A stretch of DNA of 54,515 nt from Omnitrophica WOR_2 bacterium RIFCSPHIGHO2_02_FULL_45_21. Lineage in GTDB: Bacteria > Omnitrophota > Gorgyraeia > Gygaellales > UBA12090. Shown piece after piece: positions 16,813 through 26,245 of this stretch. The notes beneath the pieces were generated by a model. The model was not told where the DNA came from and ran no database searches. It saw nothing but the letters and a program-made list of their open reading frames with translations. A program made the position numbers and the translations under genes. The stretch is from positions 1 to 54,515 of the forward strand of contig MHGN01000005.1 of the NCBI GenBank assembly GCA_001805575.1. The letters run 5' to 3'. Within the stretch, counting starts at the first letter, position 1. The number at the start of each line of letters is the position of its first letter.

Positions 16813-17934
16813 ATGCTATGTTGGCGTTTGAGTAACAGGCCGCAGGCCGTAGGGCGCAGGCCGCAGATTCTGATCAAGATTGTTTTTGTCTGTTTTGCGA
16901 TATTCTTTGTTGTGGTTAGTTGTTTTGCTCTTGATGGTTCGACTACGCTCACCATCAATCCTGAGCAAAGCCGAAGGGTTGAGAACAGGACCTTTGACGG
17001 TAGAATTGATTTTTTGCACAAAGATATATTTTTCAGTCTGGATTTGAGGGATAGTGGTAAGTTAGAAGTTTCCGGCAACATTGAAGGAGAAAGATATAAT
17101 CTTAAGCTCAAGCTAAGGCACCTGAAGTTTGGAAGGAGCGACCTCTCCACTGATTTTTATGCCAGCGGCGTAATTATAAAAGGGGCTGATGGGAGGATAA
17201 AGTCCATAAAGGGAAAGGCCTGGACCCAGGCCTCTCTGCTTAATTTTAAACCCTTGAAAGAATTTGCTGCGGATTATGGATTAAAAAACGGCAGGCTCAT
17301 TATCGATGCTCTCTCCTGGGCAGATTTTGGCCTTACGGGTTATATTGAGAAAGGCCCGCCTGCCGGAAGGTCAGTCGGGACTGCTGATAAAAAAGGCAAT
17401 TCATTCTTGCACTTAGAGGCTGATCTGTTTCTGACTATTAAAGAAATGCCGCTAAAGGATTTAGCTGGCCTGCTGGGAATCAGCCCCGAAGATATAGAAT
17501 TAGCGGGGATTATCTCAGGCGTTGTCAGAATAAAAGGCCCGCAGGATGCGCTAAAAATTGAGGCTAAGCTTACAGCGCAGGACGGAACGGTTTCTCAGCT
17601 TAAGTTTAAAAGCGCTGCGCTTGACTTAGAGGGAATCTGGCCGGTATTACGGTTTGTGCATTCCCGGATTAACGATATTGAAGGAGTTTCCTATGAACTA
17701 AAAGGAAAATTTAACGCTATGTCGCTTGCGGAGCTTAATTCTGCCGACCATCAGGTAACGGTTAATTCGGCAAATGAGGCAATGCGTTTTCAGGACTGGG
17801 TAATCAAGCGTAAATTAGGCAGAGGCCAAGAGGCGCTTGAGGCGGCATATCCGCTGAAGAAAAACCAGGCGCTAAAGATGCGTATTAAGAATGAGGAAGA
17901 GACCTTAGGGTGGGAGAAGACGGTAAAGTTTTAA
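16813..17934 (+). CDS. Hypothetical signal-anchored (periplasmic?) protein, operonic with mlaEFD
   Basis: ORF track; basic N-terminus then hydrophobic segment ILIKIVFVCFAIFFVVVSCFA; no recognisable motif; ends 4 nt before mlaE. Confidence 0.6.
   Translation: MLCWRLSNRPQAVGRRPQILIKIVFVCFAIFFVVVSCFALDGSTTLTINPEQSRRVENRTFDGRIDFLHKDIFFSLDLRDSGKLEVSGNIEGERYNLKLKLRHLKFGRSDLSTDFYASGVIIKGADGRIKSIKGKAWTQASLLNFKPLKEFAADYGLKNGRLIIDALSWADFGLTGYIEKGPPAGRSVGTADKKGNSFLHLEADLFLTIKEMPLKDLAGLLGISPEDIELAGIISGVVRIKGPQDALKIEAKLTAQDGTVSQLKFKSAALDLEGIWPVLRFVHSRINDIEGVSYELKGKFNAMSLAELNSADHQVTVNSANEAMRFQDWVIKRKLGRGQEALEAAYPLKKNQALKMRIKNEEETLGWEKTVKF
16834..16868. repeat. Imperfect heptamer array (CGCAGGC-like) in the first 20 codons of the hypothetical protein
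   Basis: AACAGGC CGCAGGC CGTAGGG CGCAGGC CGCAGAT. Confidence 0.8.
16938..16975. repeat. TTCGACTACGCTCA palindromic element, copy 1
   Basis: TTCGACTACGCTCA (16938-16951), 10-nt loop, TGAGCAAAGCCGAA (16962-16975); the 14-mer is identical to 36308-36321. Confidence 0.8.
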
Positions 17935-17938
17935 TGAA

Positions 17939-18721
17939 ATGGTAACCATAGTCCAAAACTTAGGGGCAGGGTTCGTTTATTATATTAACTATGTGGGCGC
18001 GCTCACGAAATTATTTTTTCAGACCTTATACTGGATGTTTGTCCCTCCCTTCAAGTGGGAAAGAACATACCAACAAGCAAGACGTATCGGGTTAGAGAGC
18101 CTGCCGATTGTTTTATTGGTGTCCCTGTTTATCGGCATAATCCTTGCTTTGCAGACTGCCTATCAGATGCAGAAACTTTCCAGTGAAATATACATCGCCA
18201 ATATTATTGCTTTATCGCTGGTGCGGGAATTAGGCCCGGTGATAACCGGCCTTATCTTAGCCGGAAGATGCGGCGCAGCAGTAACCGCGGAATTAGGCAC
18301 AATGAAGGTTACCGAGCAGATTGACGCTCTTGAGACCCTGGCGACAAATCCGGTAAAATATCTGGTGGTTCCCCGCTTTCTCGCTTTTACCTTTATGCTT
18401 CCAGTGCTTACCTTATATGCCAATCTCGTTGGCATTATTGGAGGATATCTTATTTGTGTCTATCGGTTAGGGATACGCTCCAATATGTATATCCATATGA
18501 CTTTTGATGCGCTGCAGATTAAGGACTTAGCTACCGGTTTGATTAAGACCCTTGTCTTCGGCATTATCATTGCTATGGTGGGATGTTTAGAGGGAATGCG
18601 TACCGAAGGCGGCGCTGAAGGCGTAGGAAAAGCAACTACGGTATCGGTAGTGACGAGCTTTATTTTGATTATTGCGGCTGATTGTATTTTTACAGCGCTC
18701 TTTTATTTTATTTTTCCATAA
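17939..18721 (+). CDS. mlaE: MlaE-family ABC permease (phospholipid/MCE transport)
   Basis: 260-aa polytopic protein with MlaE/Ttg2B-like conserved core (RELGPV..GLILAGR..AELGTMKVTEQIDAL). Confidence 0.85.
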   Translation: MVTIVQNLGAGFVYYINYVGALTKLFFQTLYWMFVPPFKWERTYQQARRIGLESLPIVLLVSLFIGIILALQTAYQMQKLSSEIYIANIIALSLVRELGPVITGLILAGRCGAAVTAELGTMKVTEQIDALETLATNPVKYLVVPRFLAFTFMLPVLTLYANLVGIIGGYLICVYRLGIRSNMYIHMTFDALQIKDLATGLIKTLVFGIIIAMVGCLEGMRTEGGAEGVGKATTVSVVTSFILIIAADCIFTALFYFIFP

Positions 18722-18773
18722 GACCCTGCCCTTAATGGAATGGGGAGGTCTATCCTGCTGGATAAGGCGCCTT

Positions 18774-19538
18774 ATGTTAATTGAGATCAAAAATGTATAT
18801 AAGAATTTTAACTCTAAAAGGGTTTTAAACGGCATCAGTTTAACCATTGGCAAGGGCGAGACCAAGGTGATCATCGGCCGCTCAGGATGCGGTAAGAGCG
18901 TTTTGTTGAAGCATATTATGCGGATTTTGAAACCGGATAGCGGAACAATCACCCTCGATGGAAAGGATTTAGCTGAAATTTCAAGCAAGGAGCTTAATCG
19001 CTTACGCATGCGTATGGCGATGGTTTTCCAGGGAGGAGCGCTTTTTGATTCTCTGACCGTAGGAGAGAATGTTGGCTTTGCCCTGTATGAACATTCACAA
19101 TTAAGCAGCAAAGAGATTAAAGAGCGCGTTGAGGAAGCGCTCTGTAACGTTGAACTCTGCGGCATCTATGAGCTAACGCCTTCAGAATTAAGCGGAGGAA
19201 TGAAAAAGCGCGTGGCTATTGCCAGGGCTTTGTGCGTGAGGCCGGAGGTGGTGCTCTATGATGAGCCGACCACCGGGGTTGACCCTATAACCGCTGACAG
19301 CATCAACGAGCTGATCCGCAGCCTGCACGATAAACTTAAGATGACCTCCATCGTGGTTACTCACGATATGAAAAGCGCTTATCGGGTAGCGGATAAGATT
19401 GCTATGCTCTATAACGGCAAGATTATCGCAGAGGGAGCTGCCGGAGAGATACAAAATACACAGCATCCGGTTGTATATCAATTTATCAACGGCCTGGCTA
19501 AAGGGCCGATTACCGAAACCATAGAGAAGTTTATATAA
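18774..19538 (+). CDS. mlaF: MlaF-family ABC ATPase
   Basis: Walker A GRSGCGKS, signature LSGGMKKRVAIARAL, Walker B VVLYDEPT; ATG at 18774 gives a canonical N-terminus (MLIEIKNVYKNF). Confidence 0.85.
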   Translation: MLIEIKNVYKNFNSKRVLNGISLTIGKGETKVIIGRSGCGKSVLLKHIMRILKPDSGTITLDGKDLAEISSKELNRLRMRMAMVFQGGALFDSLTVGENVGFALYEHSQLSSKEIKERVEEALCNVELCGIYELTPSELSGGMKKRVAIARALCVRPEVVLYDEPTTGVDPITADSINELIRSLHDKLKMTSIVVTHDMKSAYRVADKIAMLYNGKIIAEGAAGEIQNTQHPVVYQFINGLAKGPITETIEKFI

Positions 19539-19585
19539 ATGAGGCCACAGCTTGACGCTTCGCTATAACTTAAGGAGATGATGAA

Positions 19586-20248
19586 ATGACTGCTAAATCA
19601 CGCATTGAATTGGGGGTTGGCATATTCATTGTTATCGGCTTAATTATTTTGGTAGCATTCGTATTTTTAATCAGCGATTTTCAGTTTATAAAGCCGGGTT
19701 ATCAATTTGATGTTGTTTTTGGCTTTGCTAACGGCTTAAGGGAAGGCGCTCCTTCCCGCTTTGCCGGCGTGGATATCGGAGAGGTAAAGGCCTTACGGGT
19801 TTTTTATGATCCCGAGGCGTTAAAAACAAAGGTGAGGGTGCGTGTCTGGGTCAAGGAGGATTCTCGGATACCTGCAGATTCACAGGTTTGGATTAATACC
19901 TTAGGTTTATTAGGAGAAAAGTACTTAGAAATCATCCCGGGTGAGAACTACAATGCGCTGGTTAAAGCAGGTGATGCGATTATGGGGCAGGATCCGGTGG
20001 CCATGGCAGAGATAACTGAGCAGAGCAAAAAATTAGTTTTAAAGATTGAAGAGGCGGTTGACGGGTTAAATGACATGTTGGGAAGAATAAGGACAGGCCA
20101 GGGAACGTTGGGTAAGTTAGTTTATGATGAGACGGTTTATCAGAATATCTCTGCGGTAAGCGGCGATTTAAAGGAGCTTACCGAAGACCTGAAGCGCCAT
20201 CCCTGGAAGCTGTTCTTTAAGCCAAAAGAAAAACCGCTAAAAAAATAA
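19586..20248 (+). CDS. mlaD: MlaD-family MCE-domain protein
   Basis: N-terminal TM anchor followed by an MCE domain; AAGGAG upstream. Confidence 0.8.
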   Translation: MTAKSRIELGVGIFIVIGLIILVAFVFLISDFQFIKPGYQFDVVFGFANGLREGAPSRFAGVDIGEVKALRVFYDPEALKTKVRVRVWVKEDSRIPADSQVWINTLGLLGEKYLEIIPGENYNALVKAGDAIMGQDPVAMAEITEQSKKLVLKIEEAVDGLNDMLGRIRTGQGTLGKLVYDETVYQNISAVSGDLKELTEDLKRHPWKLFFKPKEKPLKK

Positions 20249-20265
20249 CACTGATTACACGGATT

Positions 20266-21636
20266 ATGAAAACTAAAACCATATTCTCCTGTCAGAGCTG
20301 CGGTTATCAATCGCCAAAGTGGTTAGGCCGCTGCCCGGATTGCTCTAATTGGAATTCTTTTGTTGAGGAAGCATATGCTGAACCAAAAGCAGCCCGTCCC
20401 GCATATGCCGCCCTTGCCGATTTTTCCTCAAACCAGGAGCCGGTCCTGATGAGGGATATAGAGAAGAAGGATGACTTGCGGCATAAGACGCAGATTGGAG
20501 AGTTAGACCGGGTATTAGGCGGCGGTATAGTCAAGGGGGCAGTTGTGCTTTTAGGCGGAGACCCCGGGATTGGGAAATCCACCATCGCTTTACAGCTCTC
20601 AAATCAACTTTCTCAAACTGGCCTGAAGATACTCTATGTGAGCGCTGAGGAATCAGTGCAGCAAACCCTGATGCGCGCTGAGAGATTAGGCGCTCTTTTA
20701 GCGGAGAGGATTTATATTGTCAATCAGACGGATCTTTCAGCAATCATTGAATATATCAAAAAAATAAACCCGGATGTGATGATTATTGATTCAATACAGG
20801 TGATTTTCAGCCCTGATATTTCATCAAGCCCGGGTTCAGTAAGTCAGGTGAGGGAGTGCTCCCATATTTTAACCCGTATAGCAAAGAGCGGGGGTATCTC
20901 TATGTTTATTATCGGCCACGTTACCAAAGAAGGAGCTCTTGCCGGCCCGCGTATTCTGGAACATATCGTTGATACGGTGCTTTATTTTGAGGGCGAAAGG
21001 TATTCAACCTATCGCATCCTGCGGGCGGTTAAAAACCGTTTTGGCTCAACGAATGAAATTGGAGTTTTCCGTATGGGCTTAAGCGGGCTTGAGGAAGTAA
21101 AAAACCCTTCAGAGTTTTTTCTTTCCGAGAGGCCGCAGGACGCCCCGGGCTCGGTAATTACTTCGGTTCTGGAGGGAACACGGCCAATGCTCTTAGAAGT
21201 TCAGGCCTTAGTTGCCAGAAGCTCCTTTGGGTATGCCGCCAGGCGCTCAGAAGGGTTTGATTATAACCGCCTCAACCTGCTGGTTGCTGTTTTAGAGAAA
21301 AGATTGGGGCTGCATTTAGAGAATGAAGATATTTTCATTAATATAGCCGGCGGCGTTACGGTGAAAGACCCTTCCTGCGACCTGGCTGTGGCTTTAGCAA
21401 TTGTTTCCAGCTTTAAGGAGAAGATTGTTAAAAAAGATATAGTTATCATAGGCGAGGTGGGATTGGCCTCCGAAATCCGTAACGTTACCCAGGTTTCTTT
21501 AAGGATAAAGGAGGCGCAGAAATTGGGCTTTAAGCAATGTATTATACCAAAGAATAATTTAGATAATAAGGAAAGCTATGATATTGAGTTGACCGGAGTG
21601 AGGAATATTCAAGAGGCGATGGAACACGCTTTTTGA
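20266..21636 (+). CDS. radA: DNA repair protein RadA (Sms)
   Basis: N-terminal zinc finger [18 protein letters not shown], Walker [15 protein letters not shown] motif, Lon-like C-domain. Confidence 0.95.
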   Translation: MKTKTIFSCQSCGYQSPKWLGRCPDCSNWNSFVEEAYAEPKAARPAYAALADFSSNQEPVLMRDIEKKDDLRHKTQIGELDRVLGGGIVKGAVVLLGGDPGIGKSTIALQLSNQLSQTGLKILYVSAEESVQQTLMRAERLGALLAERIYIVNQTDLSAIIEYIKKINPDVMIIDSIQVIFSPDISSSPGSVSQVRECSHILTRIAKSGGISMFIIGHVTKEGALAGPRILEHIVDTVLYFEGERYSTYRILRAVKNRFGSTNEIGVFRMGLSGLEEVKNPSEFFLSERPQDAPGSVITSVLEGTRPMLLEVQALVARSSFGYAARRSEGFDYNRLNLLVAVLEKRLGLHLENEDIFINIAGGVTVKDPSCDLAVALAIVSSFKEKIVKKDIVIIGEVGLASEIRNVTQVSLRIKEAQKLGFKQCIIPKNNLDNKESYDIELTGVRNIQEAMEHAF

Positions 21637-21664
21637 TACATTCAATATACGGAGGGAAAATATA

Positions 21665-22648
21665 ATGACATTATTATTCATTCGTTTTCTTTTTATCATT
21701 GGTTCAATGCTCATCGGCTATCAGATAACCGGCCAAAATGATAAGGCCTTGCTGGGGGTGGCGATAGGCGGGTTGATCGGGCTAATGATTATTTTCACGG
21801 AAATCGGGATGCGCCGCGTATCGGTAAGAGGACTATCCAGCGCTGTCTTTGGCCTGATTCTGGGGCTGATTATGTCTAAATTACTTTCGGATATCTTCAT
21901 TTTCCTTAAGATCGATCTGGAAACTCTCTCGTTCATCCGCCCGGTTATGACCTTGATTATTTGCTATATGAGCATGGCGGTTGCCATACGGGGTAAAGAT
22001 GAATTTAATGTGATCATTCCTTATGTGCGCTTGAGCAGGCAGGGACATGTTGATACAGTAGTGGTAGTGGATACGAGCGCCATCATTGACGGGAGAATTG
22101 CCGATATCTGTAAGAGCAGGTTTATTGAAGGAAAAATGGTGGTTCCAAGATTTGTTTTAAAGGAGCTGCAGCAGATTTCCGATTCCGCAGACCCTATAAA
22201 AAGGCAAAGGGGTAGACGCGGTTTAGAGGTGCTCAACACTATCCAGAAGGATATCGGTATTCCGGTTATCATCCATGAGGAAGATTTCCCCGAGATCAAA
22301 GAAGTAGATGCCAAATTGGTAAAATTAGCCAAGTTGCTGGAGGCAAAGATATTTACCGTTGATTTTAATCTTAATCGGGTGGCAGAGATTCAAGGGATAA
22401 AAGTTTTAAATATCAACGAACTGGCAAATGCCCTTAAACCGGTGGTATTTCCCGGTGAACTAATGGAGATACGGCTGCTCAGGGAAGGCAAAGAATACAA
22501 TCAGGCGGTGGGTTATCTTGACGACGGGACAATGGTTGTGGCTGAAGATGCGCGTAAGTTTATCGGCTCAACCGTAAAGGTGGCGGTTACATCAGTGCTG
22601 CAGACCCAGGCAGGCAGGATGATTTTTACCAAGCTGGCTGCTCATTAA
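21665..22648 (+). CDS. Membrane-anchored PIN + TRAM domain protein (YacL-like)
   Basis: Four N-terminal hydrophobic helices, PIN domain ([12 protein letters not shown]), C-terminal TRAM-like segment; same genomic position as B. subtilis yacL. Confidence 0.8.
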   Translation: MTLLFIRFLFIIGSMLIGYQITGQNDKALLGVAIGGLIGLMIIFTEIGMRRVSVRGLSSAVFGLILGLIMSKLLSDIFIFLKIDLETLSFIRPVMTLIICYMSMAVAIRGKDEFNVIIPYVRLSRQGHVDTVVVVDTSAIIDGRIADICKSRFIEGKMVVPRFVLKELQQISDSADPIKRQRGRRGLEVLNTIQKDIGIPVIIHEEDFPEIKEVDAKLVKLAKLLEAKIFTVDFNLNRVAEIQGIKVLNINELANALKPVVFPGELMEIRLLREGKEYNQAVGYLDDGTMVVAEDARKFIGSTVKVAVTSVLQTQAGRMIFTKLAAH

Positions 22649-23389
22649 ATGAATGTAGAAGCGATAGTCCCTGCTGCCGGGCTGGGTTTAAGGCTGAAGG
22701 CCGCCCTGCCTAACCGGCAGGCGGGGATTCCCAAGCCGTTAGTTAAAATAGCTGATAAGCCTATTTTGATATATACCTTATGCGTTCTTTCAAGAATCAA
22801 GAGTATAAAACGGATTATCCTTGCGGTAAACAAAGAATACCTTGATAACTTTCGGGAAGTTCTGAAAAGATTCCCGCTAAAAAAAAGAATTGACCTGGTT
22901 CTCGGGGGCGCAAGCCGCAGGGAATCAGTTGAAAACTGTCTTAAAACTATAGATAGCGCTGCCAATATAATTTTGGTGCACGATGCGGTGAGGCCATTTG
23001 TATCCAAAGATTTAATTGACAGATTATTGAAAGAGGCAAGAGTGAGCCCTGCGGTTATAAGCGGGGTGCCGGTTAAGGCAACCATAAAAAGTGTCAAGGT
23101 GTCAAAGTGTCAAGGTGTCAAAGAGGGCTGTATGGTAGAGAAAACATTAAACAGGGATAATCTGTGGGAAATACAGACGCCGCAGGTATTTAGAAGAGAA
23201 TTGCTGCTTGAGGCCTACGAAAAATACAGAAACCCGGCAGTCACCGATGATGCCTCTTTAGTTGAAAAATTAGGAGTGAAGGTAAAAGTAGTGCGCGGCT
23301 CATACTTTAATATTAAAATCACAACTCCAGAGGATCTGGTGTTTGCAAAGACAATAGTAAAAAGTTTTCCCTTGCGTAAACGCTCGTAA
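22649..23389 (+). CDS. ispD: 2-C-methyl-D-erythritol 4-phosphate cytidylyltransferase
   Basis: AIVPAAGLGLRL N-terminus, VLVHDAVRPF, IQTPQVF motifs; followed by ispF. Confidence 0.9.
   Translation: MNVEAIVPAAGLGLRLKAALPNRQAGIPKPLVKIADKPILIYTLCVLSRIKSIKRIILAVNKEYLDNFREVLKRFPLKKRIDLVLGGASRRESVENCLKTIDSAANIILVHDAVRPFVSKDLIDRLLKEARVSPAVISGVPVKATIKSVKVSKCQGVKEGCMVEKTLNRDNLWEIQTPQVFRRELLLEAYEKYRNPAVTDDASLVEKLGVKVKVVRGSYFNIKITTPEDLVFAKTIVKSFPLRKRS
23101..23132. repeat. Octanucleotide tandem array (GTGTCAAR) x4 inside ispD
   Basis: GTGTCAAG GTGTCAAA GTGTCAAG GTGTCAAA; translated SVKVSKCQGVK. Confidence 0.95.
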
Positions 23390-23432
23390 ATTTCTGCGAA
23401 ATTTACTTCGCACGCTTCGGGATAATTCGCAG

Positions 23433-23485
23433 ATAAACTTATCTTCGCTCTATCTTTAGCTCACTCCGTAAGTTTAGCGCTCATT
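23433..23485 (+). repeat. Hairpin-plus-GCTCATT element, copy B
   Basis: TAAACTTA (23434-23441) pairs with TAAGTTTA (23469-23476), then GCGCTCATT (23477-23485), 2 nt before the ispF ATG. Confidence 0.8.
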
Positions 23486-23487
23486 AT

Positions 23488-23991
23488 ATGTTTAAAGTTG
23501 GCATAGGTTACGATATTCACCGTTTGGTTCGGGGGAGAAAACTCATTTTAGGCGGCTTGCATATTCCTTTCAAGAAGGGGCTGCTTGCCCATTCCGACGG
23601 CGATGTCCTGGTTCATGCGCTATGTGATGCCTTATTAGGCGCAGCTAATTTAGGCGATATAGGAATTCATTTTCCTAATTCTGATAAGCGCTATAAAGGT
23701 ATTTCAAGCTTAAAATTATTAGAAGCGGTAAATCGTAAACTCAGCAAGGCCGGATATAAAATTGGCAATATTGATAGCGTGCTGCTTATGGATCAGCCGA
23801 AGATTAATCAGTTTCGCCAGGAGATAATCGGCAATCTTAGCGCGGTATTAAAAATAGCTCCGCAAGCCATAAGCCTCAAGGCCACGACTAATGAAGGTGT
23901 TGGTTCAATTGGTTCAAAAGCGATTGCCGGCTATGCGGTGGTGTTACTTGAGCCTAGAGCGCAAAGCGAAAAGCGCAAAACTAAAACGTAA
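23488..23991 (+). CDS. ispF: 2-C-methyl-D-erythritol 2,4-cyclodiphosphate synthase
   Basis: GIGYDIHRL and HSDGDVLVHALCDA motifs; C-terminal tail of about 13 aa (EPRAQSEKRKTKT) is encoded by a heptad-periodic repeat. Confidence 0.9.
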   Translation: MFKVGIGYDIHRLVRGRKLILGGLHIPFKKGLLAHSDGDVLVHALCDALLGAANLGDIGIHFPNSDKRYKGISSLKLLEAVNRKLSKAGYKIGNIDSVLLMDQPKINQFRQEIIGNLSAVLKIAPQAISLKATTNEGVGSIGSKAIAGYAVVLLEPRAQSEKRKTKT

Positions 23992-24087
23992 AGTTTAAAC
24001 CTATTTTGTTTTAAGTTTTAGGCTGTAACTTTACGCTTTGAGTTTCGCACTGAAAAATGCGTTATTCACAGGCAGGGGAGTAAGAGA

Positions 24088-24777
24088 ATGGTTGAATTAC
24101 TTTTATATCTATTGTTCATATTGGTTTTTTTAATCATAGCTTATTCTCTATACGTGGCCGTATTCTTCCGCCGGGAAATCCGCGCCATTTTCCTCAAAGA
24201 CCCTGCAGCGCGTTCGTATTTAGAGGTGCTCATGCTTTATCCGGGTTTACATTCAATAGTAATGCATAAATTTACGCATTTGGTTTATCTTCTCAAGGTT
24301 CCTTTTCTGCCGCGTTTTCTTTCAGAGATGATGCGCTTTTTTACCGGAATTGAGATTCATCCCGGAGCAAGGATTGGCCGGGGCTTATTTATTGACCACG
24401 GTAATGGAGTGGTTATTGGCGAGACGGCAATCATCGGCGACAATGTCCTGCTTTATCAGGGAGTAACCTTAGGAGGCACCGGCAAAGAAAAAGGAAAGCG
24501 CCATCCTAGCATAGGCAATAACGTAGTTATTGGCGCAGGGGCAAAGGTCCTGGGTAATATTAGCGCGGGAGATAATTCCTATATCGGCGCGAACGCGGTG
24601 GTAGTCAAGGATGTCCCGCCAAACTCAACGATTGTGGGCGTTCCGGGAAGGATTACCCATCAGGATGGTAAAAAAATAGATTTTGATTTAGACCATGTTC
24701 ATATTATCGATCCGATTATGCAGAATATTGAAGAACTGCAGAAAAGGATAGAGGCGCTTGAGAAAAGAATAAAATGA
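24088..24777 (+). CDS. cysE: Serine O-acetyltransferase with an unusual hydrophobic N-terminus and coiled-coil C-terminus
   Basis: [18 protein letters not shown], left-handed beta-helix hexapeptide repeats ([22 protein letters not shown]); GGGGAG 8 nt before the ATG. Confidence 0.85.
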   Translation: MVELLLYLLFILVFLIIAYSLYVAVFFRREIRAIFLKDPAARSYLEVLMLYPGLHSIVMHKFTHLVYLLKVPFLPRFLSEMMRFFTGIEIHPGARIGRGLFIDHGNGVVIGETAIIGDNVLLYQGVTLGGTGKEKGKRHPSIGNNVVIGAGAKVLGNISAGDNSYIGANAVVVKDVPPNSTIVGVPGRITHQDGKKIDFDLDHVHIIDPIMQNIEELQKRIEALEKRIK

Positions 24778-26204
24778 CAGAAAAAAAGCTTATTCAGACC
24801 TTGCTCATAGATGATGACCCGTTCTTTGTCGTTGTTTTTAGCGACTTAGGGAAAAAGATGGAGTCAATCGAACTTACTCTTCATCATACGGTGAGCCTGG
24901 AAGAATCCTTGAGTTTCCTTGAAGAACATCACGAGATAGAAATTATTCTTTTAGATTATCGCGTGCATCATAAAATCACCGGCTTAGAAATCCTTCAGCA
25001 TATACGGGCAAAGGGTGTCAATATTCCGGTAATCGTTGTTACCGCAAGCGGCAACGAAGAAATAGCCGCTACCATGATGAAGGCCGGAGCCAGTGATTAT
25101 TTAGTAAAAGGAACTTTAAACCACGAAGTCCTGGAACGTTCCATCAAGGATGCCTTAGAACATTATCAGGCATATGGTAAGGCTACTGGCCAGGGCGAGG
25201 AATCCATTCTCAAGGAGTTAGCGCTAAAGCGGTCATTGAATGGCGTCTCTATTATGGATAGAGAAGGGTATATTAGCTATGTCAATCCTTCCTTTGTAAC
25301 TATGTATGGTTATGGCAGCGAAGAGGAAATCGTGGGCAGAAATATGGAAGAGCTGACGCTTTCGCCTGGAGAATTTGATGAAGTGTTAGCCGTCTTGCGT
25401 GATAAAAAGGTCTGGCTGGGTGAGCTCGCCGGCATTAAGAAGGATAAGGTCGAAATCAACATGCAGACATTATTTTCCCTCATTGAATATAAGGAGCTAA
25501 AGCCCCCGGAAATAATGGCTTCTTTTATTGATATAACAAAACTCAAAGATGCTGAGAAGAAAAGAGAGTCCCTCTACAGGGGGATTATGGAGGTCTTTGC
25601 CTTAAAGGCCGAAGAGGTAGGCAATGTAGAGACCGCAGGGCATATCCGCCGTATTGCCGAGTATACGCATTTTGTCGCCGACGAATTGAAGAAACAGGAA
25701 CCCTTCAAAAATTACATAGATGATAAATATGTTTCTGACATCAGCTATGCCAGTATGCTCCACGATGTAGGAAAGTGGAGGACGCCGAACGAGATTCTAC
25801 TTAAGCCCTTCCAATTAAGCGAGGCTGAATGGGGGATAATTAAACAGCATCCTAAGCTTGGGGTTGATATGTTAATGCCTCTCTTAAAGGATAAGGGAAG
25901 CAATCAGTATCTGAGGCTTATTGAAAGCATCGTGTTGTATCATCATGAGCGCTGGGATGGTTCGGGTTACCCTGAAGGGCTGAAGGGAGAGGAAATCCCC
26001 CTTTCTGCCCGGATTGTTGCTCTGGCAGATACCTATGACGCTTTGGTTTCGGACCGTTCTTACCGGAAGGGATACAGCCATGAGCAGGCGGTGGAAATCA
26101 TTAGAAAGGAAGAATACAGGTTTGACCCGCGGGTATGGCAAATTTTTATGGATAATCAGTCAGAGTTTAAGAAGTTAAAGGATAAAAGCAGCTCCGTTTA
26201 TTGA
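24774..26204 (+). CDS. Response regulator: receiver + PAS + HD-GYP (predicted c-di-GMP phosphodiesterase)
   Basis: Receiver motifs (DDD, LLDY, VVTAS, YLVKG), PAS segment, HD-GYP motifs MLHDVGK ... [14 protein letters not shown]; ATG overlaps the cysE stop (ATGA). Confidence 0.85.
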   Translation: MTEKKLIQTLLIDDDPFFVVVFSDLGKKMESIELTLHHTVSLEESLSFLEEHHEIEIILLDYRVHHKITGLEILQHIRAKGVNIPVIVVTASGNEEIAATMMKAGASDYLVKGTLNHEVLERSIKDALEHYQAYGKATGQGEESILKELALKRSLNGVSIMDREGYISYVNPSFVTMYGYGSEEEIVGRNMEELTLSPGEFDEVLAVLRDKKVWLGELAGIKKDKVEINMQTLFSLIEYKELKPPEIMASFIDITKLKDAEKKRESLYRGIMEVFALKAEEVGNVETAGHIRRIAEYTHFVADELKKQEPFKNYIDDKYVSDISYASMLHDVGKWRTPNEILLKPFQLSEAEWGIIKQHPKLGVDMLMPLLKDKGSNQYLRLIESIVLYHHERWDGSGYPEGLKGEEIPLSARIVALADTYDALVSDRSYRKGYSHEQAVEIIRKEEYRFDPRVWQIFMDNQSEFKKLKDKSSSVY

Positions 26205-26245
26205 TATGTTTTCCAGCCGCAATCCACAGGCCATAAGGTTGTAAT

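Noticed and set aside
18672-18773. 34-codon N-terminal extension of mlaF overlapping mlaE
   Set aside because: The ABC ATPase domain begins at MLIEIKNVYKNF (ATG 18774). The upstream part has no ABC features and overlaps the mlaE end.
23101-23132. GTGTCAAR array as a CtsR operator (consensus GGTCAAA-NAN-GGTCAAA)
   Set aside because: The unit is TGTCAAA, not GGTCAAA. The spacing is 8 nt instead of 10. It lies inside ispD far from mcsA/clpC, and no ctsR gene is present in the window.
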